Assembly: GCF_020745735.1 (NCBI RefSeq)
Contig: NC_083428.1
Span: forward strand, 4,960,001-5,024,000
Direction of reading: 5' to 3'
DNA length: 64,000 nt
DNA from: Hemiscyllium ocellatum
Taxonomy: Eukaryota
The translations under genes and the position numbers were made by a program. Below the pieces are notes generated by a model. The model made no database searches. It saw only the letters and a program-made list of their open reading frames with translations, and was not told where the DNA came from. Each line of letters starts with the position of its first letter. The stretch's first letter is position 1. Positions 49,968 to 61,307 of the stretch are shown in pieces.

Positions 49968-50390
49968 ATTGAAAGGGTTCAGAAAAAGTTTACAAGGATG
50001 TTGCCAGGGTTAGAGGTTTTGAGCTGTAGGGAGAGGTTGAATAGACTGGGGCTGTTTTCCCTGGAGCGTCAGAGGCTGAGGGGTGACCTTATAGAGGTTT
50101 ATAAAATCATGTGCGGCATGGATAGGATAAATAAAGTAAGTCTCTTCCCTGGCGTGCGGGAGTCCAGAACTCGAGGGCATAGGTTTAGGGTGAGAGGGGA
50201 AAGATATAAAAGAGACCTAAGAGGTAACTTTTTCACAGAGGGTGGAACATGTATCGAAGAACTGCCAGAGGAAGTGGTGGAGGCTAGTACAATTGCAACA
50301 TCTAAAAGGCATCTGGATGGGTATATGAATAGGAAGGGTTTGGAGGGATATGGGGATAAGTCTGTTTCCGTGCTGTACATGTCTATGCTC
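49968..50390 (+). mobile_element. Young CR1 3' fragment
   Basis: ERVQKKFTRMLPGLE..RERLNRLGLFSLERQRLRGDLIEVYKIM. Confidence 0.88.
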
Positions 50391-51114
50391 CCTTTGATAA
50401 TGAGTTCCACGTTGTAACTACTCAGTAGGTAAAGAAGTTTCTCCTAAATTCCCTTTTTGATCTATCATTTATTACCTTATAGATCCTAGTTCTAGTCTTT
50501 TCTCGGTCACCCCTTCATGGTTTTAAGGATTTATATCAGGTTATTCCACCAGCCTTCTATTTTCCAGTGAAATGACCACCAGCCCATTCAGCCTTTCAAT
50601 TCTAGTATCATGCTGAAAAGTTGTTTTTGTTTTTCACCTTGTTCTCTTTACTGAGTTTTCTGTTCCTCTCTGGTTTCCTGAGAGTGTCCCTCCAAAGCTG
50701 TGGATCTTTGTTATGTTCTCAGAGATACCAGCTGCACTCCTCTATCCTATTGGCTGGTCTTTGAACAGTGAACATTAAATAGGCTGTCAACAGGCCCGTA
50801 AGGTGTGACCAATGTTTCCTCCAAGCTATGTGAGTGCATAAAACTTTATGGTAGTCAAGAGTGTGCTGCACAGGGCACAAACTGACTGCACACTAGCAAC
50901 ATTCCCTTTAAGAAACATGTATGTGCAACCATGCATCAAACTTAGAGGCTTTTCAGCACAACAGCCAGCTGTGCACTGAATAGAAGTTAAAAGGAGCATT
51001 GGATGCATTACCCCAATGATGAAAACCATGTATGTATTCTCCAGCAGTGGTCATTGCCTAACAACAAGGACTGTAATCAAATTCTTGCCCTTGTCCTCAC
51101 CTCACCTCACCAGC

Positions 51115-51228
51115 ATAAAGTCGTGTGCGGCATGGATAGGATAAATAAAGTAAGTCTCTTCCCTGGCATGCGGGAGTCCAGAACTCGAGGGCATAGGTTT
51201 AGGGTGAGAGGGGAAAGATATAAAAGAG
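51115..51228 (+). repeat. 114-bp local copy of 50101-50214
   Basis: 111/114 identical by manual comparison; lacks a CR1 3' end. Confidence 0.9.
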
Positions 51229-51314
51229 TAGATTTTGTGTAGATTGTGGAAATTTGGCTGATCATTGCTAAAATTTATCGCTAAAATTTCAGTTTCGTCT
51301 AGTTATGGATCAAT

Positions 51315-51972
51315 GAAGGTCAAGAAGGCATACGGCAGGCATGCTTTCCTTCATCGGATGGGGTATTGAGTACAAGAGTTGGCAGGTCATGTTACAGTTG
51401 GATAAGACCTTGATTCGGCCACATTTGGAGTACTGTGTACAGTTCTGGTTGCCACATTACCAAAAGGATGTGGATGCTTTGGAGAAGATGCAGAGGAGGT
51501 TCTCTAGGATGTTGCCTGGTATGGAGGGTGCTAGCTATGAGGAGAGGTTGAGTAGATAAGGATTATTTTCATTCTGAAGACAGGTTGAGGAATGACCTGA
51601 TTGAGGTCTACAAAATCATGAGAGGTATGGACAGGGTGGATAGCAAAAGCTTTTTCCCAGAGTGTGGGACTCCATTGGTAAGGGTCATGAGTTCAAGGTG
51701 AAAGGGGAAAAGTTTAAGGGAGATATGCTTAGAAAGTTCTTTTATGCAGAAAGTGGTGGGTGCCTGAAACACGTTGCCAACGGAGGTGGTAGAGATGGGC
51801 ACAATAGTGTCATTTAAGATGTATGTCGACAGGTACATGAAAAGGCAGGGAGCAGAGGGATACAGATCCTTAGAAAATAGGCGGCAGGTTTAGGGAGAGG
51901 ATCTGGACCGGTACAGGCTTAGAGGGCTGAAGGGCCTGTTCCTGTGCTGTAATTTTCTTTGTTCTTTTTCTT
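51315..51972 (+). mobile_element. CR1 3' fragment
   Basis: MLSFIGWGIEYKSWQVMLQLDKTLIRPHLEYCVQFW; tail similar to that at 3900-4045. Confidence 0.85.
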
Positions 51973-52267
51973 TGAGCCTATCTTGTTCTGCCTACTTGAA
52001 ACCAGGAATTTGCTAACTGATCAAGAATAAATATCTCAACAGGTAATGCTAAAATTCTGTCGCGAGAATTGCAGGTCAAAATGAACTTTTTTTTTCTCTG
52101 GTTCTCAGCTGCTGTGCTTGGCCTAGTGAATAGTTTCAGCATTTTCTATTTATATTTCAATTTTCCAGCATCTGCAGTATTTTTACTTCTAATACAATTT
52201 TAGGTTGTCTCCTTTCAATCAGGGCTGGTCCTGGAGAGAACTTAAAGCTTTGTAATTCTAGGGTACG

Positions 52268-55200
52268 ATAGAGTCATACAGCATGGAAACAGACACTTTG
52301 GCCCAATCATCCGGGCCAACCTGCCACTCCAAGTGACCTCGTGTCATTTACCAGTATTTTGCCCCATATCTTCTTATTCATATACCTATCCAGATACCTT
52401 TTAAAAGTTGTAATTGTACTCACTTCCACCACTTCCTCTAGCAGCTCATTTCAGACACACACCATCCTCTTCATAGGAAAAGTCATCCCTCAGGTCCTTT
52501 TATAATCTTTCCCCTCTCATCTTAAACCTTTGCCTTCTGGTTTTGGACTCCCTCCCTCCCTCCCCCACACCCCAACCCTGGGAAAAAAAAGACCTTGGCT
52601 AATTACCCTATCCATGCCCTCATGACTTTATAAACCTCTATTACCCACCCCTCAGTCTCTGATGCTTCAGTTGAAAAAAGCCCCATCCTATTCAGCCTCT
52701 CCCTATAGGACAAACCCTGCAATCCTGGCAACATCCCTACAAGTCTTTTCTGCTCCCTCATTTTTAACAACATCCTTCCTCTAGAAGTCTGACCAGAATT
52801 ATGCAGAGTATTGCAAAAGTGGCTTCATCAAACCTTCACCAACTCCACTTTCAAGGAAGAATGCACCTTTACCCCTAGGTCTCTCTCTCTCCAGTAATAC
52901 TGCCCAAGATTCTACCATTTGCTATATAAGTCCTACCCTAGTTTGCCTTACCAAAATGCAACATCTCATTTATCTAAATTAAACTCTGTCTGTTACTCCT
53001 CAGGACATTGGCCCATCTGATCAAGATCCTGTTGTATTCTGAGAATCTTTTTCACTCTGCACTACACCACCAACTTTGTCATCTGCACACCAACTAACCA
53101 TACCTCTCATTCACATCCAGATCATTTATATAAATGACAAAATGCATTGGACCCAGCACCGATCCTTGTGGCACAACACTGGTCACAGGTGTTCAGTCCA
53201 AAAACTATCCCTCCACCACCACTCTCGGTCTCCTATATTCAAGCCAATTTTGTCGACTTGACTAGCTTCCCCTGGATACCATGTGATCTATCCTACCATG
53301 CCAAACCTTGTTGAATGCTTTACTGAAGTCTATGTAGATGATGTCTACTGTTCTGCCTCCTTCAATCATTCTTTTATAATATATTTTTAAGAAAAAATAG
53401 ATTTTTAAATGTTACAACAAATACAAAACAATGCAATTCAAAACAGTACAAAAATAGTACAAAGCTAAATCCAAATAATAAAAAAAATTCCTCAACTCAC
53501 CCTCTACACGAATGTATAAACATTTATAGAGAAGTAAAGAATTTTAAAAAAACCTAAACTAGCTATTTAACTAACTAAATAAATACCTAACAACAAACAA
53601 ATAAATAGTAATAACTCAACCCAGCCAAACAAAACATTCATACATTCACAGTTCCTCCTCCCTGGATATTGGACTCATGAAACACAATCGTTATATATAA
53701 AAACCCTTGTTAGTGTGGCAGATAAATCTGTGTCCAGGTATTTCAAAAAGGGTTGCCATGTCTTGTAAAAATTCTCAGTTTTGTGGTGTATCATATTTGT
53801 GAGAAAATCCAGGGGAATATGCTCCATAACAATCTTCCGCCAACCCGACAGGCCTGGTGGGTTTTCTGATATCCAACCTGGCAAGATATGCTTTCTTGCA
53901 CAGAATGTTAGAATATTGAAAAGTTTTGCCTTATGCGAGTCTGCAGGAAGTACAATGGGTAGGCCCAAAAGGAGCGAAATAGGGTCCTTCTCCACCCCGA
54001 CACCTAAAATCCTCTCCATTGCACCCACCACAGCACTCCAATATGTTTGGAGCCTGTCACAAGACCAAAGACAATGGGTAAGAGTACCCGTACAGACCTT
54101 GCACTTGGGGCATGCTGAAGATACCCCTGGTTTAAACTTTTGACAAACGTTCTGGGGCTAAGTGGACCCTGTGGAGAATCTTCAACTGTAAAGAATGGGT
54201 CCTATTGCAAATTGATCTCTTCCTTGCATTCTCCCAAATATCCTCCCATGCCTCTCAAGAAACTTCAACACCCAGCTCTCTCTCCCACATCTTGCAGAGT
54301 CGATCAGACTCATCTGAGGTGGCACCCCCCAGTTGGTGATATAGAGTACTGACAGAGAGTGTACTCTTAGTCCTTAGTACCCCTCTATCTATGTCAGATT
54401 TGTAGGGATCAGTCAAAAGTGAGGTCCTTTTTTGAATAAAATCCCTAACTTGAAAAAAAACGAAAGAGGTCTCAATTAGGTAACTCGTACTTCCGTACTA
54501 ACTGATCGAAGGACATCATTAATCTCCCTCAAATAAATCACCCATGCAAGATATACCCCTAACTGCCCAACGTTTATATCCTGAATCTATCATACCTGGT
54601 TGAAAACTCGGCATATCCACTAAAGGTGTAAACAAAGATGTTTTGCCAATATTACCTTCCCTCTGCTGAATTGCCCTCCATGGTTTAACAATATTGCATT
54701 GGCAGAATTCCCTAACTGTCCTCCCCTTGTCCAAAAACAGCAAACTGGTAAAGGGGCACCTTGCCTGGGAGATTTCAATATCTAGCCATATTGAAAGAGG
54801 GTCCCCACAAACCCAATCACTTATGTAGGTCAAGAGTGAGCTTAATTGGTAACTTTTAATGTCCAGAAGGTCTACTTCTCTCCTCTCCCTCTCTTTCTCC
54901 CCCCCCCCCCCCCCCCCCCCCCCCTCCAGTCTGTGAGGCAACTGCAGTTTGGCTAATTTAATGAGGGGCCGTTTACGGTGCCAGATAAAGGAGCTGAACC
55001 AACTGTTCAGTCTCCTGAGTGTTTGTTTATTGAAAATCAGGGGGAGCATCCATATAGGGGAGAGCAAACAAGGGAGAATATTCATCTTAATAAGCGCTAT
55101 CCGACCCAACCATGAGACTGGAAGTGCCTCCCATCTTTGGAGATCTTGTTTAATTTTTTCAAATAATTGAGTAAAATTGGCTTTGAACAGCCAGTCCAGA

Positions 55201-55870
55201 ACTGGAGTAATGAATATGCCCAAATACACACAACCCCCCTGTGACCACCTAAATGGGAATCTATAGTCAGTCTCAAGGGCCAACTCTTTCGTAAGAGCAC
55301 CCATAGGCATAGCCTGTGATTTAGCAAAATTAATCTTATACCCTGAAAAAGCGCCAAACGAGTGAATGCATTGTACCAGTCAAGGCACTGAGACTGCTGG
55401 ATTTGTCAAGAAAATTAGAACATCATCTGCATACAGCGAGATCTTATGTAATTTTGACCCCACTTCTGGAGCTGATGTATTGAGATCCCCACGAATGGCC
55501 TCTGCCAACGGTTCAATCACCAACGTAAAAAGTAATGGTGAAAGGGGTCAGCCCTGCCGGCTGCCCCTAGAAATATTAAAATTGCTTGATCGTACCCCGT
55601 TAGTAATGACCGCAGCGAGAGGTACACTGTAGAGAACCTTTTACCCATCTTATGAAAACTTCGCCCAGACCAAACCGGTCTAGAGTATATCAATCATCTT
55701 TATAGCTTCTTCAAAAGCTCAATCAAGTTAGTGAGATACAATTTCCCATGAACAAATCCATGTTGACTATCCGTAATAAGTCCTTGCCTGTCCAAATACA
55801 TGTAAATCTGGTCCCTTAGAATCCCCACCACCAACACACTCACCACTGATTTAAGGCTCACCAGTGTGTA
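52268..55870 (-). mobile_element. CR1 LINE split by an L1 insertion (pieces 52268-53369 and 55690-55870)
   Basis: CR1 RT remnants (VPQGSVLGP..F.IYINDLD, ADDKVGG, DFSKAFNKV) continue seamlessly across the L1. Confidence 0.8.
53370..55689 (-). mobile_element. 5'-truncated L1-clade LINE ORF2 (RT to CCHC) with T-rich 3' UTR
   Basis: Minus-strand remnants SRGSRQG.PLSPLLFTLVIEPLAEAIR, ISLYADDVLIF, FGAFSGYKINFAKS, VYLGIFIT, WLGRIALIKMNILP, CPKCKV..GTLTHCLWSC; TSD tcaatcat (53362-53369, 55690-55697). Confidence 0.9.
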
Positions 55871-56408
55871 TTTCTGTCACTTGTGGTAAGAACATATTTA
55901 AATGATTGAGTACTCATTCATTTGAAGGTGATCTTGCCCCTCTCCCTTGCATAGGATATGCAGCACAAAAGCAAGCCATTCAACCTAACAAATCTTTTTT
56001 TGGTGTTTGTTGTATTATGAAACTCTCCCCCACGTTTCCTTATTCACTTGTAAAAGCACAACTCTCCATTCCCTTCACCAGCTACTAATTTCCCCTTGAT
56101 GCATCTATACTATTCCTTTCAGTCACTGCCAGTGATTGCATGTTCTCTATTCTCTCCACTTTGAAATTTCTTGTTAATTCTCTATTGGTATCAATAAGTT
56201 AAATAGCCTTTGTGTTAAATTTTAAATAGCCAAAGCATGAAAACTTTGTGACACTTAATTGCAGTCTGATTGTCCACTAGGAAATCTTAAAGCTACTGTG
56301 TGCAAAGGTTCTGTGTGAAGATAAGAAAAGTCAAGGATGTTTGTTCTAGTAACAAAATTCAATACCAGAATCTGCATTTAAGGTAGATAAGATGAAGCAT
56401 TTAACCAG

Positions 56409-56523
56409 GATTTGGAACTGCCTGTGTTGGACTGAGGTGTGCAAAGTTAAAAATCACACAACACCAGGTTATAGTCCAACAGGTTTATTTGGAAGCTTTC
56501 GGAGCGCCGCTCCCTCATCAGAT
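56409..56523 (-). mobile_element. Single-arm PLE family B insertion with hammerhead core
   Basis: TSD gcatt(t)aaccag (56397-56408, 56524-56534); core CTGATGA-G-GGAGC-GGC-GCTCC-GAAA-GCTT at 56493-56521 (-). Confidence 0.85.
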
Positions 56524-57710
56524 GCATTAACCAGCCACCTCTGAGCTTCATTAGGCCTAATCAATGAAGATCTTTAGTAATAAGGAGAAAATCACCACTA
56601 TTACAGAACTTTGCTAAATTGGAAGATTTTAATGAAATTCGCATTAACTTTGACCTTCATTTGACATGGAATTGAAGATTTTTATCTGAAGCAGAGGAAA
56701 TGGTCACACCCTGTTTTGGGCATTTTATATATTTAAATGAAGGTTAGGTTTTTCTCCTGATGGTTGTGTCGGTGGTGGAATTTTCAGTTGTCTTGCTAAA
56801 TTGGATGAAAAATATTTCAAGTGTTAGTGTATAGCTCTCAAGGGGTTCTGCAAATGGAGGATTGCAGCTATGTAGACTGGGATACTGGAATTGTTGGAGC
56901 AGAAAAGGTTGAAAAATTCTGATGAAAGGTCACTGATCTGTCACACGTTCTCTTGATCAGTGGTTCCAGCTTTTTCTATTTTCAAATTTCAAGCATCTGC
57001 AATTTTTGCTTATGCGAGTTTAAGCGAAGAGGAGATTTGGTAAGGCTTAGCGGAGGTTTTTGATGAAAGTAAATGAGTTTCTTCCAGTGGCGGAAAGGTC
57101 AATAGCCAAAGAGCATAGATTTAAGGTGATCAGCAAAAGAATCCAAGGTTTGAGAGGATTTTTATGCAGCGGGTGGTTAGAATTTGAAATGCACAGTGGC
57201 TATAAATTAAATTTTACTCATTAAAAAGCAACTGGATGCGTATTTGAAGGAGGAATAATTGGAAGAATATGGGGACAGGGAAGTAAAGGCTAAATGGAAC
57301 AACCCGGCATAGGTTTGATGGGCCCAATAGCCTCCTTTCCTGTAGTCTCCTTTCTAAGTCTACCCTATTAAACCCTTTCATGATCTTGAACACCTGTATC
57401 AGCTTGTTGTTTAGTCTTCACCCCAGAGAAGAGATCCCCAGCACATTTGGTCTTTGCTGAGAAGTGATTATAGATCAGTTCTGATTTCATGCCTTTTCAT
57501 CCCAGTCTGGTGCCTCATTTACTTCTTTACAATCTGTCTTAACAAGACCCCAAATATCCAATGTTTAGAGATTCTCCAATGAGCAGTTGCTGACCCATCT
57601 TTAAGGGCAAAAGAGGTTTTGAGGGCAAAAATATGTTTTAGTGCAGTGTGACATTAGGTGGAGAAATCAAAGCCTGTAATACTTTGTCTTTTTTGACAGA
57701 TATTTCTGCT

Positions 57711-57997
57711 ATGACAGATGAAGTATACCGAACACGAAGCCAAAAGAGAGCATTGGAGCGCGAAGGTCTGCATAATGATGTGGATATGAAGAAACCAAAA
57801 ATGGAATGTTCCAGAGGGAATGATAGGGACAGTGAACTAGATGATGTGAAAGGGGGAATGAGAATTAAAACCGAACCCGTCGATCGGGGTGGTGGTCGGA
57901 CTCCTGGGTTACTAAAAGGGCCAGGTGAAGTGAAAGCAACAATTAAAGTAGAAGTACAGGCCGGTGATGAACCTGTCGACATGAGCACATCAAAGAT
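57711..57997 (+). CDS. GATAD2A: First canonical coding exon of GATAD2A / transcriptional repressor p66-alpha (exon 57700-57997, ATG at 57711, phase-2 donor)
   Basis: Translation [32 protein letters not shown]...GDEPVDMSTSK matches the recalled vertebrate GATAD2A N-terminus (human [32 protein letters not shown]...DGPVDMRTS). Polypyrimidine tract and AG acceptor (ctttgtcttttttgacAG, AG at 57698-57699); donor AT|GTGAGT at 57998; 287 nt = 95 codons + 2 nt. Confidence 0.95.
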
Positions 57998-58169
57998 GTG
58001 AGTATACAGCCATAAATTCATCTAATACTTTTAAAGTTACTCTATTTCTGTAAAAGGATAAATTAGCTTGCCAGTAGTGTTGCTAAAAAGAGACAACAAA
58101 GAACTTGCACTTATGTGGTCCATTTCTGACCTCCACGACACCTCTTTCCCCTCTCCTCCTCTTCTCCTC

Positions 58170-58200
<31 letters not shown>

Positions 58201-58209
58201 ACCCCCCCC
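58170..58209. repeat. Poly-C tract (G-quadruplex-capable on the minus strand)
   Basis: About 30 uninterrupted C followed by aC8, roughly 170 nt into the intron after the GATAD2A exon. Confidence 0.9.
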
Positions 58210-59449
58210 AGCACTTTACATCCAAAGAAATATTTTGGAAGTAAAGTTGCTGTTGCAATGGAGGAAAGTAGTTGCCGGACAGGATGAGGCCATTTAGTCT
58301 GACCTGTGTGTAATAGCTGTGTGCAAGAGCAATTCAGCAAGAATCATTTTCATACCATTTCTCCCTAGTCTTGCAAAGTTTTTCCCCCTATTGCCCATTT
58401 GGTTGTTTTGTCAATCACCTTAAATTGATGATTTTTCATTTTCAACCTTGTCTCCTCAGTCAGGACCCCCGATTTAGAAAATTCAGTAAATGTCACCTCT
58501 TGTCTCACAGTTTCTCCAAACCATAACATAAACGAAGTCCCTCATTTTCTGAACCATATGACAGTACGGTACAGGAGTAGAATTGGGCTATTCAACCCTT
58601 TGAAGATGCTCTGCCATTCGATCATGGCTGATGTGTTTCCCAACCTTGTTCTGTTATATCTTGATCCAGCATGTTAACCTTAAGGGAATCCTGAACAAGA
58701 GTTCCCAAGTCCCCTGGTGCTTCAGATTTTTGAAGATGCTCCCTATTTAAAAATAGTCTACACCATTTTGGCTTTCCCACATTTTATTCAGTCTGCCATT
58801 TCTTTGCTGATTCTCCTAACTTCTGCAGCTTCTCTGCTTCCTCAACACGACCTTCTTTCTTTGTGTTGTCTACAAACTTAGTAATAATGCCCTCAGTTAC
58901 TTTGTCCACATTGCTAATGTATAACGTGAATTGTTGTGGTTCCGACACTGACCCCTGTGGAACCCAGTCTCTGGCTGCCATCATGAAAAAATCCCTTTGC
59001 CCCACCCTCCGCCTTCTGCTAGTCAACCAATCCTCTATCCATGCCAGTACCTTGCTCCTAACACCATGAGCTTTTAATCTTATTGCCAGCCTCCAGAGTA
59101 CCTTGTCAAAGGCCTTCTGGAAATCTGAATAGATCATGTGCACTGGCGCTCCTTTTCTAACTTGCTTGTTACCTCTTCAAAGGATTCTCCTAGATGTGTC
59201 AGTCATGCTGACTGAGCTGTATTTTACCATGCATGTCCAAGTACTTCGCAATCTCATCCTAAATGGAACTTAAAATCTTAGCTATGACCAAGGTCAGGCC
59301 AACTCGGCCTGTGGTATCGTGTCTTTGGCTAATCTCCTTTCTTAAATAGGTTTTACATCTATCATTTTCTACTCTTTTTTTGGACCTTTCCTGATTCCAC
59401 TGTTTTCTGAAAGTTCACCACCAATGTACGTAAGTCTCCTCAACTGTTT

Positions 59450-59795
59450 CCTCCAGAACATCACCAAAGACCCATCACACCCTGGTAATGCTCCCCTACA
59501 ATCTCTTCCATCAGGCGGAAGTTACAGAAGTTTGAACACAGTCCAGCAGGTTCAGGAACAGCGTCTGCCCAGTCGTTATGAGACTGACGAGTGGACGTTA
59601 ATTTTAAATAATGCTGATCTTGCTGATGTTGATCTTACCTAGTGCACGTCCTGTGCAATGTAACCTGTATGCTTCTAATTTTTTTTTTCATCCTATTATC
59701 TTGCATACTATGATCTGTCTGTACAGGTAAATGAAAGCTTTTCACTGTTATTAGGTACATGTGACAATAAATAAATTTTAAAAAAACAAATCAAA
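59450..59795 (+). mobile_element. Rex1/Babar LINE 3' end
   Basis: NITKDPSHPGNAPLQSLPSGGSYRSL..SRFRNS motif; tail gcttttcactgt..gtacatgtgacaataaa. Confidence 0.75.
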
Positions 59796-60237
59796 AGAAC
59801 TCTGGCTTATTGTCCATCTGGTCCAGGTGATCTATCCACCTTCAGACCTTTCAGCTTCCCTGGAGCCCTCTTAGTCATAGAATCATACAGCACAAAATTA
59901 GACCCTTTGGTGACTCATCCATACTGATCCAGTTTCCCAAACTAAACTAGTCCTACTTACTTGCCTTTGGCCCATATGCTCAAAAAACCTTTCCTGATCA
60001 TGTACCTATTCAATGTCTTTTTGATGGGCACTGTACTCATCTCTGCTCCCTTACTGTCTTGAGTTCTGTTATGTTGCTGGTGTCTTCCAAAAATGACGCA
60101 AAGTACTATTCAATTCCTCCACCATTTCTTTGCTCCCCCTTCCTACTTCTCTCGCTTCATTGTTCAGTGGTCCAATACTCTCACTTGCTTCTATCTTACC
60201 TCTTTCTAAAAAAAAATTTGCAGTCTTTTTTTATATT

Positions 60238-60501
60238 GTTAAAAATCATACAACACCAAATTATAGTCCAACAGGTATTGAACTAGGATTTCAATAGCTC
60301 ATAGCTAAGGAAGGATGTGCTGTCCTTTGAGAGGTCCAGAGGAGGATATAAGAATGATCCCGGTGATGAAGGGTTTGGCATATGAGGAGTGGTTAAGAAC
60401 TCTGAGTCTGTTCTTAGATTCTTGGAAGAAATCGCATTGAAAACATGCTGTGTGATTTTTAACTTTGTAAACCCCAGTGCAACACAGGCATCTCCAAATC
60501 G
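60238..60501. mobile_element. PLE family B arms enclosing an unrelated CR1 fragment
   Basis: gttaaaaatcatacaacacc..., ..gtgtgatttttaactttg..tctccaaatc; 8-bp TSD tttatatt (60230-60237, 60502-60509); interior RKDVL..RMIPVMKGLAYEEWLRTL. Confidence 0.7.
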
Positions 60502-61307
60502 TTTATATTACCAGCTAGCTTATTCTCATATTTTATCTTTGCACCCCTCATTATTTTTCAATTGTCCTCTGCTGGTTTTAAAAGGCTTCCCAATCCTCTG
60601 GTTTCCATTCATCTTCACCACTTTGGTTTTTCTTTTCTTTTTATCCTGTCCCTGACTTTCCTTGTCAGCCATGGTTGCCTGAACCTCCCCTTAGTATGTT
60701 TCTTCTTCTTTGGAACAGTTTTGTGCTGTGACTCTCGAGTTACCCTCAGAAACTCCTGCCATTGCAACTTCACCGTCTTCCCTTCCAACCAACTCCAGCC
60801 AGCTTGTCCCTTGTGCCTTTGTAGTTATCTTTTACCCAATTGTAATACCATTACATTAATTCCATCTTCTCCCTTTCAAACTGCAGGGTGAATTTTATCA
60901 TATTATGGTCGCTATCCCCCCCCCCCGGGATTCCTTCACTTTAAGCTCCCTGATCAAGTCTGCCTTGTTACACATCACCAAATTTAGAATTGTCTATTCC
61001 CTAGTGGGCTCTGCCACAAGCTGTTCCCAAAAAAAAACAACTCATAGAATTCCATTAATTTATTTTCCTGGGATCTGCTACCAGTCTGATTTTCCCAGTC
61101 CACCTGCATATTGAAGCCCCCCCACCACCACCCCCCATGATTATTGTCATAGTCCCTTTCATACATGCCTTTTCCTGATTTGTTTTCTTCCCCCATCCTG
61201 ACTACTGCTAGGAGGCTTGTACATTAACTCCCATCATGGTCTTTTCTCCTTGACATTTCCTCAGTTCTACCCACATAGATTCTACGCCTTCTGAGTCATT
61301 ATCATTT

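Noticed and set aside
57648-57710. Upstream extension of the GATAD2A ORF given by the ORF track
   Set aside because: Starts at GTG and runs through the polypyrimidine tract and acceptor; intronic up to 57699.
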